A stretch of DNA of 58,083 nucleotides, counting the filler, from Diploschistes diacapsis (lineage: Eukaryota), in the NCBI GenBank assembly GCA_023645945.1. It is 7 parts of 7 records of this genome, joined end to end, with 100 filler letters (N's around TTAATTAATTAA, not from the genome) between each part and the next. Parts side by side here need not be neighbours in the genome. Positions count along the whole stretch, not along the records: positions 33,304 to 41,509 come from JALAIB010001184.1; positions 41,610 to 49,814 come from JALAIB010001185.1; 5 more parts are not named here. One strand, written 5' to 3'. A model generated the notes under the pieces. The model was not told where the DNA came from. It was given only the letters and a program-made list of their open reading frames with translations, and ran no database searches. Of this stretch, positions 33,304-45,400 are shown piece after piece; positions within the stretch are counted from its first letter, which is position 1, and each line of letters opens with the position of its first letter. Both the position numbers and the translations under genes were made by a program.

Positions 33304-34919
33304 AAATTCAACTATTAAATACGTAATTATTTTATACGTATGTTTTTTTTATAATCTTGCTCGAGTAATAAACTCCATTCTTTCTTTATATATAAGAATA
33401 ATCCGACCGTCCTCGTCGTATAAATACAAGCCCTTTTGATCAAAATTCCCCCGTAATCTTATTTTACATAACTTTTGCCCCGATATAAGGTTTGCTTTTA
33501 GTCTAGATATATACATTATATATCCCAAATATAAAACGCTATTACCTTATTTCAACCTAACTTTCCTAATATAATCTAAATAAAGTATTCTTTCCCCGAT
33601 TTTGATTCGTCGTCTTCAAATAGGAGTCAGGTTTTTAAGCAGATATAGCTGGTTAGTTATATATAATGAAACGCCGGTATTACCGATTCATTCAATAAAA
33701 ATAATCTTACTTTTAATAATAACGTTTTTAGCTGTATTATTAACTTTATTATTATATAATTAAGGTTTAGATTCAGGTTTAGATTTTAAACTTTTTGAAC
33801 TTTTATCGTTTAAACCTTCTGTATTATAAGCGCGCTTGTTCTTACTTTTCTTGTCGCGGATGTTTCGGGATTCTTTTCTTTTTTCCCGCTTCTTGTCTTT
33901 TATTATAATGACCATTTGTTTAAACTCTTTAGCGAGTTTATATTATATTACGCGATGGTTATTATTTCTATAAAATTGACATCCTTTTATTGAATTAGAA
34001 TGGCGGCGTCGTCTTTTGTCGGATCGTTTTTGGGAACGGGAATCTTTAGGATGTTATAATCTATCATAACGTAGGAAATATGTTATAATCTTTTTTATCA
34101 GTTTATCTTGCTTATTGATAAGCCTATTAAACTATTTATCGAAATCGATATTGATGGATAAAACATTATCGATTTACGTATTAATAACGTCGATAATAAT
34201 TTCGTAATTAAGCGATAATATAGGCTGGCCGTTGCGTGCCACGGTTACTGACACGGACATTACCGCGAAAATTTTCTCGGCACGGATACTGATACGGATA
34301 CTGCACTGCAGTGAAAGCACTGACACGGATATTATAACAAAAATTTTCTCGGCACGGATACTGACACGGACACCGTAGCAAAAATTTTCTCGGCACGGAT
34401 ATTGACACGGACACTGTACTGTAGTGAATCTATTGACACGGACACTACGACTAAAATTTTTAAAACACGGACATTTTTACGGATATTATATTATAGTGAA
34501 AATACGGACACGGATATTATAATTAAAAATTTTAAAACACGGATACTTCTACGGACACTATACTGTAGTGAAAGCACGGACACGGATATTACGGCTGAAA
34601 ATTTCAAAACACGGACACTGCCACGGCCGTGTCCGTGGCACGGACACGGCCGTGTCAGTGTCCGTGACGGCCAGCCTAATTATAATCTTTAAAAATCGAA
34701 ATTCGTATAAAAAAAACTAATATATTTAAAAATAAAAGTCGTTCGAAGAAGATCGGATTACGCGTACGACGCTATAATAAATATAATTAATTCGGGCATA
34801 ATACGTGAATTTACGAAATAAAATCTATAATTTTTAAAAAAGATATTAATAATTATAACTTGTATGAATCGAAAAGAGTGTCCGCTCGCTATAAGTGTCC
34901 GCTCGCTATGCATATACGT
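33304..34919. mobile_element. AT-rich RIP-like decayed transposon, probably pogo/Fot1-like; one TIR visible
   Basis: TpA-rich, CpG retained. Ends in gtgtccgctcgctataagtgtccgctcgctatgcatatacgt|TA (34878-34921): an ACGT-terminated TIR with an internal 17-bp direct repeat and TA target. Confidence 0.6.
34221..34678. mobile_element. Non-autonomous MITE-like element with internal CACGG repeats, nested in the older transposon
   Basis: Perfect 12-bp TIR TAGGCTGGCCGT (34221-34232 and 34667-34678). More than 20 (A/G)CACGGA(C/T)-like motifs within AAAATTTT-containing units. Confidence 0.75.
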
Positions 34920-35363
34920 TAAATAACTAAAAAACTCAAATATATCGAATGTAGAGCCATTCCGCCACACCAACATCCTACGCCGCACGCTAAAATAAAT
35001 GACCGCAAATATTTCGGTCAGAATAACTGCGCCCCAATATTAGGTAGCTACTTGGCAAACTTCCACTCCTGCGCTCTTTACTACTAATTCCCTTTCTCAT
35101 TCACTTGTTTAGAATGTCAAAAACACCCGGTTACAGTGAAACTAATATCAATGTCTCGTACCCATAGCGCCCCATTAATCCAATTTGCCACTCCTGCAAC
35201 AAGCACGCGAGTGGTGAATAGATGCTGGTGCAACCCAAGCACGGGGATGACTACTAAGAACGTGCATGTTTGGCAAAGAAAGAAGGAGCAGATCTTCAGG
35301 AATAGAAAGCCACCGGGAGCTGGGCCGATTACGAAGCGAATACGATCTCCGTTAGGACCAAAA

Positions 35364-36713
35364 ATGCTTGCTCAGGTCATCCAGGCTCTAACGACCCATT
35401 CATGTCAATTCCGAGTCATCCCAAACCTTGTTGATCCTGAAAGCCGGGCAACCGCAACTATCGTGGGCAATGCAGTAGCAACCGCCACAATGCTGTTCTT
35501 TGTGATTGCCCGAATGTACACAAAGTTATGCATCTCAAAGGTTGTTGGCTGGGAAGATTGTTCGCGCAAAACTTCTTTCCAACTTACTGCGCGTGCACTC
35601 ACAATTGTCTTTTGGGCTTTTGTGCCATAGCTGCTATCATGGCTATAGGATATATGGCGATGATCGACTACGGTAAGTTGTTGGTCCATTTCTGTGTCGT
35701 CGTTAGCTAAAGCTTCAGTTTTCCACGCTGGCTTGGGCGCACACCAGTGGGATACGCCTGTCTCAGTTCTCTTGAATAAAACGACAGTCAACGTGAGAAG
35801 TCCTATGGGCAGACCGAATCTCTTCACTGATGCCGTATAGGTCTTACGAGCACTAAATTATACTTATGGGCCTGCCATGATCTTCGCGAAGCTAAGCATC
35901 TTGCTGCTTTATTTATAGCTCTTCAAGATCAACCGCGTCATCCGGGCTTTGATTTATTTCATAATAGCTCTCACAGTTGTTCTTTACATCATTGCTACCT
36001 TCCTAGAAATTGGTCTCTGTCCTTCGCCGGATCCGATTGCATACTTTACGTGCTCTAGCAAGCTAACTCCCTTGGATATCGCGGTCAGCGCTGTCAACAT
36101 TTTTAGTGATTTCTACATATTGGCTATTCCGATCTTCGTGGTCTCAAAGCTACAGCTAACACAGAAGAGAAGGGTGGGTCTGATAGCGGTTTCTTGACCG
36201 GATTTCTGTAGGCATCTCATGCTTGATCCCTCGAGATCCATCTTGTGCAGATTGGAAAACACTAACGTATGATAGAACCTACATCTCGAGCATCCTGGGC
36301 ATCGTGTATAGAATTGCGATACTCAACACCAACGATACCACCTGGTACCTGTCGCCACTTCTGACATTCACGTGAGATTGTGAGAGTCCCTTCAAGACGA
36401 CCAAGCTCGTAGAACTAGGTTCCTTGAGCTCAATATGGCCATTATCATTGCTTGTCTTCCAACTTTGCCAGCTCTCTTCCGAAAGATCAAGCCTACTGCA
36501 GTCTACACAATATTCCGCCATCTTCGAAGCGGCTCACAAACTCGAGGAGCGAAGTGGAAAGAATCTAGCGAGAAACAGAGTGGCAGAAGTCGAGAAAAGC
36601 CACTTGTCGTTCACAAGACTCCCAAAGTGCCGCCTAATAGGAATGACATAAGTAAGAGTGAGAGCAACGACGTCCAGCTGTATGAGCTACAAGAGTCTGC
36701 ACAAGTTGTGTGA
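35364..36713 (+). pseudogene. Fungal rhodopsin-domain (Pth11-like, no CFEM) membrane protein, disrupted
   Basis: FVIARMYTK..GWED, AKLSILLLYL*LF (TAG 35916-35918), SDFYILAIPI..LQL..KRR, frameshift near 36190, IIIACLPTL. Confidence 0.78.
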
Positions 36714-37866
36714 AACAACCGTCGCCATACCGAGATGGCCATTGCTATTGAAGCATGGATTTTGGCATTGGCTAGGTCAGCCGGGAATTTCTCATGTGGC
36801 TGAGTTGAGGGAGCTCGAAAGCAGAATGCAAACCTCAAACGCACCGTAAACTTCGGTGGACAATAAAAAGTTACGATTTCCCGAAACATGGCCCCTTAAA
36901 AATGTGGGCTGCATCGCTAGCACTGATCTTCAAGTAAACACCGGGCTGACTTGGCGCTCGAAGTGGCGTGGGCTTACTTAAGCCTTTAATTCCCAAATAT
37001 CACTTGTTACGAGCATCTACGGTCTTAATATAACAATCGCTCGAGAAGTGAGGAGCCTATTCCCAACCTTTAGAGCGAGCTCGGCTAAAATGAAGCGGCA
37101 GGAGTGAGCCCCTGACTCACCCTTCTCTGCCACGTGCCCTACTCTCCGACAGATTGGGTGACCGGAGGCTTTGCTGGTCTGACCAGTTAATACCATCCAG
37201 GCGCTGCAAGGTATAAGAAAAAGCAATGCAGTTACGCACCCAGGTCATCTTCGACAATGCTGGACCCCACTTTAAACCGGGAAGGTGGTGAAACATCTAA
37301 GATGCTCACCATACCGCACGCTGACTTGCATGACTGTTCGAGCTCGGGCATTCCCATAAGTGCTCGATTGGCACCGTCCTGACAGCTGACAGCAGACCTA
37401 GCTTTCCCAATACCACCCCACGACGTATCTTTTTAGATACTCTAGACCTTGGATAAGGCAGCATAATGCAGATATACCCATACGGCATATATACCCTTGC
37501 CTCAAACGATGTTGAGTTTTCATACAACATTATGCCCTGGTCATCTCTAAAGCTATAAATCTTTAAAGGAAGCCAGCACCCTTCTCACTGGGTAACAATT
37601 AGCAATGGAAGTCGTAGTAACCACAGAGTCGGACAGCGAACGGAATTAGAAACTCTCGCAAAGTTTTGCCACACGTTCGAAGACCGGAGCCTTGATTTCG
37701 AGGAGAGGAGAGGTGCGAAAGATCCCACAGCTCTTGAAAATTCAGTTGAAAATTGGATCGCTTGATCAACAGCCAAGGGGCACAATATGAAGTATCTGCA
37801 CATGGTACTAAGAACTCTGTTTCTTCCGCTCCGAATATTCTCCTAAAACTCTTCTTCACCCCAATC

Positions 37867-39774
37867 ATGACTGATCAGGACGTTCAGGAACCTCGTTTCT
37901 CTATTATTAAGGAGACAACAAAAGCGCCCATACAGGAGAAAACCCAAACTCCGGCAGAACCCACCGGCAGCACTCACGACAGTAAGGAGCAAAAAGAGCC
38001 AGACGACGGCATCGAAATACCGTCACGTCTCAAGAGATAGCGCTTAGGGATTATTGTCGTGTCCCTCTGCTTGGGCACTTTGCTCGTGGCATTAGACACT
38101 ACCATTATTTTTGTCGCAATTCCTAGGATATCGGCCTCGTTTCAATCTCTCGAAGATATTGGCTGATATAGCTCGGCGTATATCCTCAAAATCATGGCCT
38201 GTCAGGCTCTAAGGGCCAAGGTGTACAAGTACTTCAGAGTCAAAGTAACGTACCTGATTTCCATCACCATCTTCGAAGGTATCATTCCCAACCCCCTAGA
38301 AGACCTACGTGGATTCATCGTCCGCTAACCGATCTTAATTGGCTCGATCATATGTGCCAGTGCCCCAAACTCGCCAACTTTTATTGCAGGTCGTGCAATT
38401 GCAGGCATCGGCAGTGCAGGCCTTTTTCAAAGAGCATTATGTATCATAACTCTTTTCGATGTCTTTAGATAAGGGACCTCTCTATATAGGAACTATTGTG
38501 AACGTCTTCGGGATTGCCTCTTACCTGGGTCCTATACTCGGCGGTGCGCTGGCTGATTCGCTGAACTAGAGATAATGCTTTTGGATATACGTGAATTTGG
38601 CATCATTGCCAAACGGGGTATGCGCTAACAAATACTAGAAATGTGCCTTATGGAGGAGCGGTTTTACTCTTGCCTCCATTGAGCATAGACTCGGCGAGAG
38701 AGCCACTATACCGCTAAAGGATTAAAGGATTATGCGCAAGCGCTCCATCTAGGCGGCAGCAGGATTCCTATTCTTTAACCAGATGGCACTCTATACGGTA
38801 AGCAAGATACAACGTCCTTTTCATAAGACTAACAGAAGTTCAGAATTGCTTCTATCACCCCTTCTACTTCCAAGCAATCCAAGGGATATCAGTGATTACA
38901 ATTGGAGTCCGTTTTCTGCCGTTCTCAATCATATAGATCTTTGCGGTCGTCCTTGCTGGAGCAGTAGTGTCAAAGATTGGTCAATATGTAAGTTTCTCTT
39001 CTCCTGTGTTGGTCTATTGTAGTGTAACGCTAAAGTATTATCTTCCAAGATCCCTCTCATTATACTTGGAAAAGTGATTTGTTGCATTGGCCATGGCCTT
39101 CTTACTACCATCACCTTAGGCAGCCCGCCAGCCATATGGATTATCTATCAGATGATTACGGGAACTTAAATTGGCATCACAATGCAACTTTCCGTACACT
39201 GCTATTCAAGTAGTTTTGAGGTATGAATTCGCCTTATCTTCATAGCGGAGCCAAAAATTCTGATATCACGTAGCGAAGAGGACGCGCCGATTAGGAACGG
39301 TAAGCTCCAGTCAATCTGAATATGGGAGATTGGCTCATTTCGCTGGTTTAGGTATCGCAATACTCGTGGGACAGCTCGGTGAATAAGTACTATCGTCCTC
39401 GTATAGGGCCCCGAGTTACACTAATCTATATCCACTTGTAACGCGATTGCAGCAACAGCGGGTCAAAGGCCATTTATCAACACAATTCTCGAACAAGTAC
39501 CTCAGCGCGCGTCTGCTGTACCCGCACAAGGAGTAGTCAATGTGGGGCCATCGAACCTGGGCTTGCTCAACAAGTCTCCCCAGGTACTTGAAGCTCTCTA
39601 GCTTGCAGTTGTGAAGGCGCTCGACAACACGCTCATCCAGTCGCTCTGAACATGGAGTTTCTGAATATAAAAATCACGGCCAGACAGAGGAAAAGCGATC
39701 GCCAGGTGCAAGCCGAGAAGCTGGTTGGCATACCTAAGAGTGATGAGCCGCGCGTAAATCTACCGGTAGTCTAG
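37867..39774 (+). pseudogene. MFS drug/toxin efflux transporter (DHA2-type), heavily disrupted
   Basis: LVALDTTII.VAIP.I..F.SLEDIG*Y.SAY, GRAIAGIGSAG, LN*R*CFW. Stops at 38038, 38164, 38567, 38573, plus frameshifts. C-terminal MEFLNIK. Confidence 0.85.
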
Positions 39775-41377
39775 AGTCGTGACCTTAGTACCCGATCAGA
39801 CCCTAGTACCCGAGCACGTGATACAATAACAAAACTACAATAATAAATATTTAAAATGAAATATTTCTAAAAGTAATTAATTTAAAGTCTTATAGATCGA
39901 ATCGTAATTACATCTGACCCTATAGATTTACTTAATTATATTTAATCGTTAGCGTCGACGACGCTAGCGCCTGGAAGCTTTTTTAAGATAACCAGCCTTT
40001 CTTTCGCCGGAATTATCTTTTTTTTTTATAATTCCTAATAGTTTAAAGTACTGCCAGTCTTTTTTTTCTAGCCTGTTTTCATTTCTTCTATCTATCTATC
40101 TCGTAAAGTGCTCTTTCTTTCGCTTGACGCGCCTTAGTAATTTTCGTAGAGATAAAAAATTCACTTTCTATAATTATAATGATGCGTTTATGTTTCTAGC
40201 GGTATATCGAGGTCTTTTCAAGCTTTTTATTCTTTACGGTTAGAAGCGTAACCTTCGTGGGGACTTTTTTCATCGTTTTAATTATTTTAAGGAAGCTTCC
40301 GGGCACTTTAAGCTCTTATCGAAAATCTATAGTTAAAGTTTTTTAAAAGATTTATCTCTCGGAAAGCTCGAGGCGTCGTAAATAAAATATAACGAACCAT
40401 AAAGGCGTTATAAAGATCATCGACGGCGTCGGGCGTTTTAGAAATTGATTGATAAAATTAAAAGACTCGATATCGGCTTGTTTTTACTCGGCGCGAGCGT
40501 CCTTAATAATATAATTATTTATTCGAACGTTAGTAAGAATCTTCAGAAAAAAACATTTATTAATATAAATAACGTTATTTATAATAACGTCTCGACTCTT
40601 TTCTTATAGATATGCGTAATTAGGCTAATAAATTAATATTTAAAATGAGAAGACATAAGAAATATACGTCGGTAAATATACTATTAGAATTTTTCTGTCC
40701 GTTACCTCGTATAACAACGATAGCAAGAGATGGTTCTAGTAGGCGTCCGTAAATATGATCCTTTAGGGCTGCGGTGAACGTAGTCTGGAAGCGTTATCGA
40801 AATGAAGAAGTTCTTAAAAACGTCTTAGAAACGGACGTAATATCCTTAATATCGCGACGTCGACTTTCTTGTTTAAAAGAAAGTTATTTAGATTATACTT
40901 AATTCTGGATATCTTTTTAAAAACCGTTACGGCTAGTAACGGTTTAACTAACGCTAATTATTCGATTCGGGAATATTTAAAATTTCCGTCGTTAAGCTTT
41001 TAAATATTACGATAGGAATAAAAAATCTTTTGGTTTATAAACCCTTTATATGCCTCGAGAGGATATTTTCTTGCTCAATATTTGAAAACTACTGCGATTC
41101 ATAGTTAGTAAATTTTCGAAAGCGATCATCAAGTTTATCGTAAAAGAAGGGAAAAAAGACGCCGTTATGTTAAACTATTTGGTAAAACGATAACGAAAGA
41201 GATCGAGTTTTCGCTTCGATAAGAGCATTTTTCATTATCGAGAGTATTTAGGTTTAAATTAGCCAAAAAAATATATGGAGGTTATAATGGATAAAAAAGG
41301 GAAAGTTTTTTCGGGTGTAAAAAGCGCTTATGTATGATCGGTTATTAGGGTCCGCTCGGGTTCTATGGTCACGATTC
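39774..41377 (-). mobile_element. pogo/Fot1-like (Tc1/mariner superfamily) transposon, RIP-like degenerated
   Basis: TA-flanked ~45-bp imperfect TIRs (gagtcgtgaccttagtacccga.. versus ..tcgggttctatggtcacgattc) with an internal direct repeat. AT-rich interior. Minus-strand relic ILIVYLPTYISYV near 40620-40690 resembles the DDE_1 LPxHTSH motif. Confidence 0.75.
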
Positions 41378-41509
41378 TACACCTTTTAAGAAGAAACAGA
41401 TTTCCGTGTTTCAGCTAAATATAAACCTTCAAACCATATTATCGAACTTATAGACGGAATGATCCTCAAATTTAAAAATCTTTATTAATTATTAGTTATA
41501 AAACTGAAA

Positions 41510-41609
41510 NNNNNNNNNNNNNNNNNNNNNNNNNNNNNNNNNNNNNNNNNNNNTTAATTAATTAANNNNNNNNNNNNNNNNNNNNNNNNNNNNNNNNNNN
41601 NNNNNNNNN
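41510..41609. other. Artificial contig spacer
   Basis: N44-TTAATTAATTAA-N44. Confidence 0.98.
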
Positions 41610-42414
41610 GGTTTTGTGGTGGATTTTGCGTTCAAGCAAACTGGTGTAGGTTGGGTATCTATCTGTGGGCAGATGACTCCTCCTCCGCAACAAGTTGGTG
41701 CTACTGGGGAGAACAGCGACCAGAGGTCGGAAATAGATATTTAGATCCCCCGAAAGGACACACGCGCCAATGAAGCTTGCCTTCACGTAGCCTTCGACGT
41801 AAAAAGGAAACAAAAGGTAGGAGTGACATGGGTCTAGGAGTAAGTCATATGCCATTCGGATTATCAAGTCCATATCACACGCTGACCCAAACAGCTCCCC
41901 GAGTACACAAAAGAAACCTTTATCTGTACGTGATAAAAAACATGTGCTCTAAACAAGCTGGAGCAACAAGCTCGTATGTTTTCAAGCCTCCCTTCCCCTT
42001 TCCTGCTGGACATCTCCTGTCTCCTTCCCTTCACCCTTCCCTCCCCCCATTTCCCGCCATTTTCCTGAATCCCCCACGTCAAGACGGTTCCCTACCGCCC
42101 CCTAGCAACTCTCCGAACAAGCAAGAGGAGCCTCGCGACTCAAAGAAGTATAATAGCGGGCAGGCGTGTACCAGTACACGTAGAAGTGAAAAGGCCGCAT
42201 GGGACACGTCGCTCGTGCCGTAAAACATGGAACATGCATCATGTACAGAGTAAATAGTCCCCCTGAGCGAACAGTCAACTAAAGAAAGCCCGGAGGGTTT
42301 CAATATCAATCAACAAGCAGGCCGAGTGATAAAGAGCATTACGCTGTTTTTCTGTCGAAGCGAGGATGAAGTGAAAAAAGTGTCCAAGCGGTAACAAGTA
42401 GTCAAGAAGACTGT

Positions 42415-45400
42415 TCAGAAGAGCATAGACCTCGACTTCGCCCTCCGGTCCGTTTCGGTCAACTGTGCCCTTTGCTCCCTCACCACGACCAGGGGGAGAG
42501 GCTTGTCCGCACTGTTTGGCCTGCGCGGCGCCGGCAGCTGGCTAAACGGCCTGCTGTAGGAGATTTTCTGTGGGCTTCCATGCCCCTTTGCAACAGCGTT
42601 AGCAACGCTGTGCCCAGCCGTCGCCCTCGCCACGCTCTGCGAATGCGAATATCCCTGATGTTTAGCCGGCGTGTTCGGCGCGCTCTTCATGGCCGTATGA
42701 TTCTTCTCCGCCTCTCCCCTGCCACCTGTACTTTTCCCCGCCTTCGCCGCCACCGCCTTCTCTCGTTTCAGCACTATGTCCGTCCAGCTCCGGCTGCTCT
42801 TGACATCCTTGCCGACCACCTCGGCAAGAGCCTTCATCCAACCTTCCTTGTCCGCCGTACTGTCGGCATAGAAGTCGATAATCTCTCCATTCCCGAACTT
42901 GACTCGGAACCCTTCCTCAACGAACATGTACCCTTCTTCTTCGGCTGCAAAGGCTGAGCGCCGGCGGTGTCCGCCCTTGCCGGTAACTTCCTTCTGGACG
43001 AGGGAGGACTTATCATCGACAAGTTTGGAGGCCTTAGCGAGGTTGATGGTTGCGCGGGGCTGGCGCGTAGCTTCGTGGTAGGCGGTAAGCTTGGAACCCT
43101 GGAGACGGAAGAAGCGGCGACGCCAGTACTATGGTATATGTTAGCGAGTGAATACCTGGAGGGGAGGAGCTAGGCTTACAGGACAATCGCCCCCTTGCTG
43201 GCTGAGATGGCCCTCCCAGCTCTGTTGCGACGTCCGCTCTGCGTCTTGAAGTTCGCGCACGCAGGCGTTCATGCTTTTTGGCATATCCTCGTCTGTTGCT
43301 TCCTTTGGCTTTGGGACGTACAGAAGCTGAAGCTCAAGTTTGCCGATCTTGTAGGGAGCCTTCCGCTGCACGCCATTCAACATGCTTCTGCCACTCTTGG
43401 AGCTTCCAACCGTTCGGCCCTCTTCTACCGCCCATTCATTGAAGCAAGGAATGTCGACGGTATATGGCCTGCCATATGCCCGGGTTTCGTGGTCTTTGAG
43501 GGAAATATAAGCTCGGGCGAAACTTCCATCTTTATTCACTAGGTTGTGCAAAAGGTCCCATGCACTTGGTTGCTTACGCTTGGCTGCTTCAGCTTCCAGT
43601 TGCTTTTGTCGGGCAACCCGCTGCGCCTCTTCTTGTTGCTTGAGCTCAAGCTCCTTCCGCTTCTTGGGAGAGGCAAAGACACGGCTAAAGGTTGATTGCT
43701 TGAGCTTCGGTACCTTGGTGGGAGACTCAACGATGGGTTTCACGGATTTAGGCTCCTCGAGCTTGGTAGCCAACGTCAGCTGAAATTCGAGATCATTGAG
43801 CACAACGAGTTCGAATTCCTGCCCAATGGGCGCAGTCATGCCGAGCTCTAACCAGGCTGTTGTGACACAGTGAAGCCCATTGTCTAGAGTCAAACAAAAG
43901 TACGATCGCTCGCCTATGATTATTGTCAGTCAAAACCAGCGGAAGATCCAATGGCTCTGTTTCTTACCTCTTGGAAGTGGAAGGTCGAGGTCTTTAACAC
44001 CGACTACCTTGACGAAGAGACGGCCTCTTTCAGCGCCGTCTTGGAACTCTTCAAGTTCTGGAACAGTATCCGATTCGGCAGCTGCATTATCGACGCTACT
44101 GGCAACATTGCTAGTCCTCCCTGGTAGCGGAGGGACAGAACCATTCGCTGCTACTGGTCGCTTCATGGGACTGCCACCGGACTGACGAATGCTCCTTCGT
44201 CGGATCTTACCGTTCCAAGGTTCTGTTGTCCACGTCGCACTTGCCTTGATCGGAGAGTTACCAGCTGATTTGGTCACTCGCGGCTGTAGCTTGGGAACTT
44301 CGTCCTTGTCATTGGAAGAATCGTGCGATGCGCTGCTCGCAACGATGAGCTTCGTGTTTTGGCGCATGAGGTATCCTTTCTGTTTACGGAAAGTTAAGTT
44401 AGCAACAGGATTCAAATGGAGCTGGAAGTTTTGTGCATCTGTTGCATCTTGCGAAGGTTGCTGTGTAAAACTTAAGAAAGAGGCGAACGGCACCTTCTGT
44501 GCTTCTAGAAGCCTGTCGAACTCTTTGTCCAGGCCAAGCGAAAGCCTTTCCTCGTTATCCTCAATAGGAACCTCAAGCTGAACGAGACTACTCTTTCTCT
44601 TTACCTGTCGCCCTTCTCCTGCATCCACCGGCTGCTCTTGGCCTTCAAAGAAGCTATCACCCTCAGGAATCACCGAAGGCCGATTCTGGTGTTTCTCGGG
44701 AACGGGAGGAATTGGTGGGCGGTCACCGCTAACCTTGCGTCTAGTCTCTGCCATTGTTTGGAGGTCGGCAGGAGCGAGAGATGGCCTGGTCTTCAATCTG
44801 CTCCCTGGAGCTTTAATTGTAGCAGTGGGCTCTGGAACAGCAGAGGCTTCCTCTTCCTCCGATGCATCCCTGATTGGGTGACGAATGACTGAGTCAGGAG
44901 TGCTTTCTCGGTCGTCCTCGTCCTCGTAAGCCAGGTTGTTGAGCTGATCAATGGGTGTGGATGGACGCTCGAGCATAGCTGACATAGATGGAGTGGCAAC
45001 CTTTTCTTCTTCCTTGTCAACCCGAATGTCTTCTCTCGTAAGTTGCATCTCTTCCCTCGTAGTTTGCACCTCTTGTCTTGTAATCTGTACTTCTTCCCTC
45101 CGAGTTAATATTTCCTCGCTCTTGGATGGCTCCTGCACTGGCGGAGAAGGGGTCATATACTGTGAGAAACTTTCGCTAAAGTCCAGTGCAGCAAATTGAG
45201 GGAGAGACATGCGGTTCTGTCCTTTTTCCTCTTCAATTGTTGTATGGACTTGAGCCTGCGAAGCTCGTGGAGTAGGCGGAGAATCTTCTTCTGCTAAAGG
45301 TGCATTGAACTCTGGCACTCCATTGATGTCGGTGGAGTAATGGCTTTCGTCATCATCATCCTCATATGGGGGATAACCGTTGCTCAAAGACGATGACACT

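Noticed and set aside
34240..34660. CRISPR-like repeat array
   Set aside because: The intervening sequences are themselves repeats, the units are degenerate, TIRs bound the region, there are no cas genes and the context is eukaryotic
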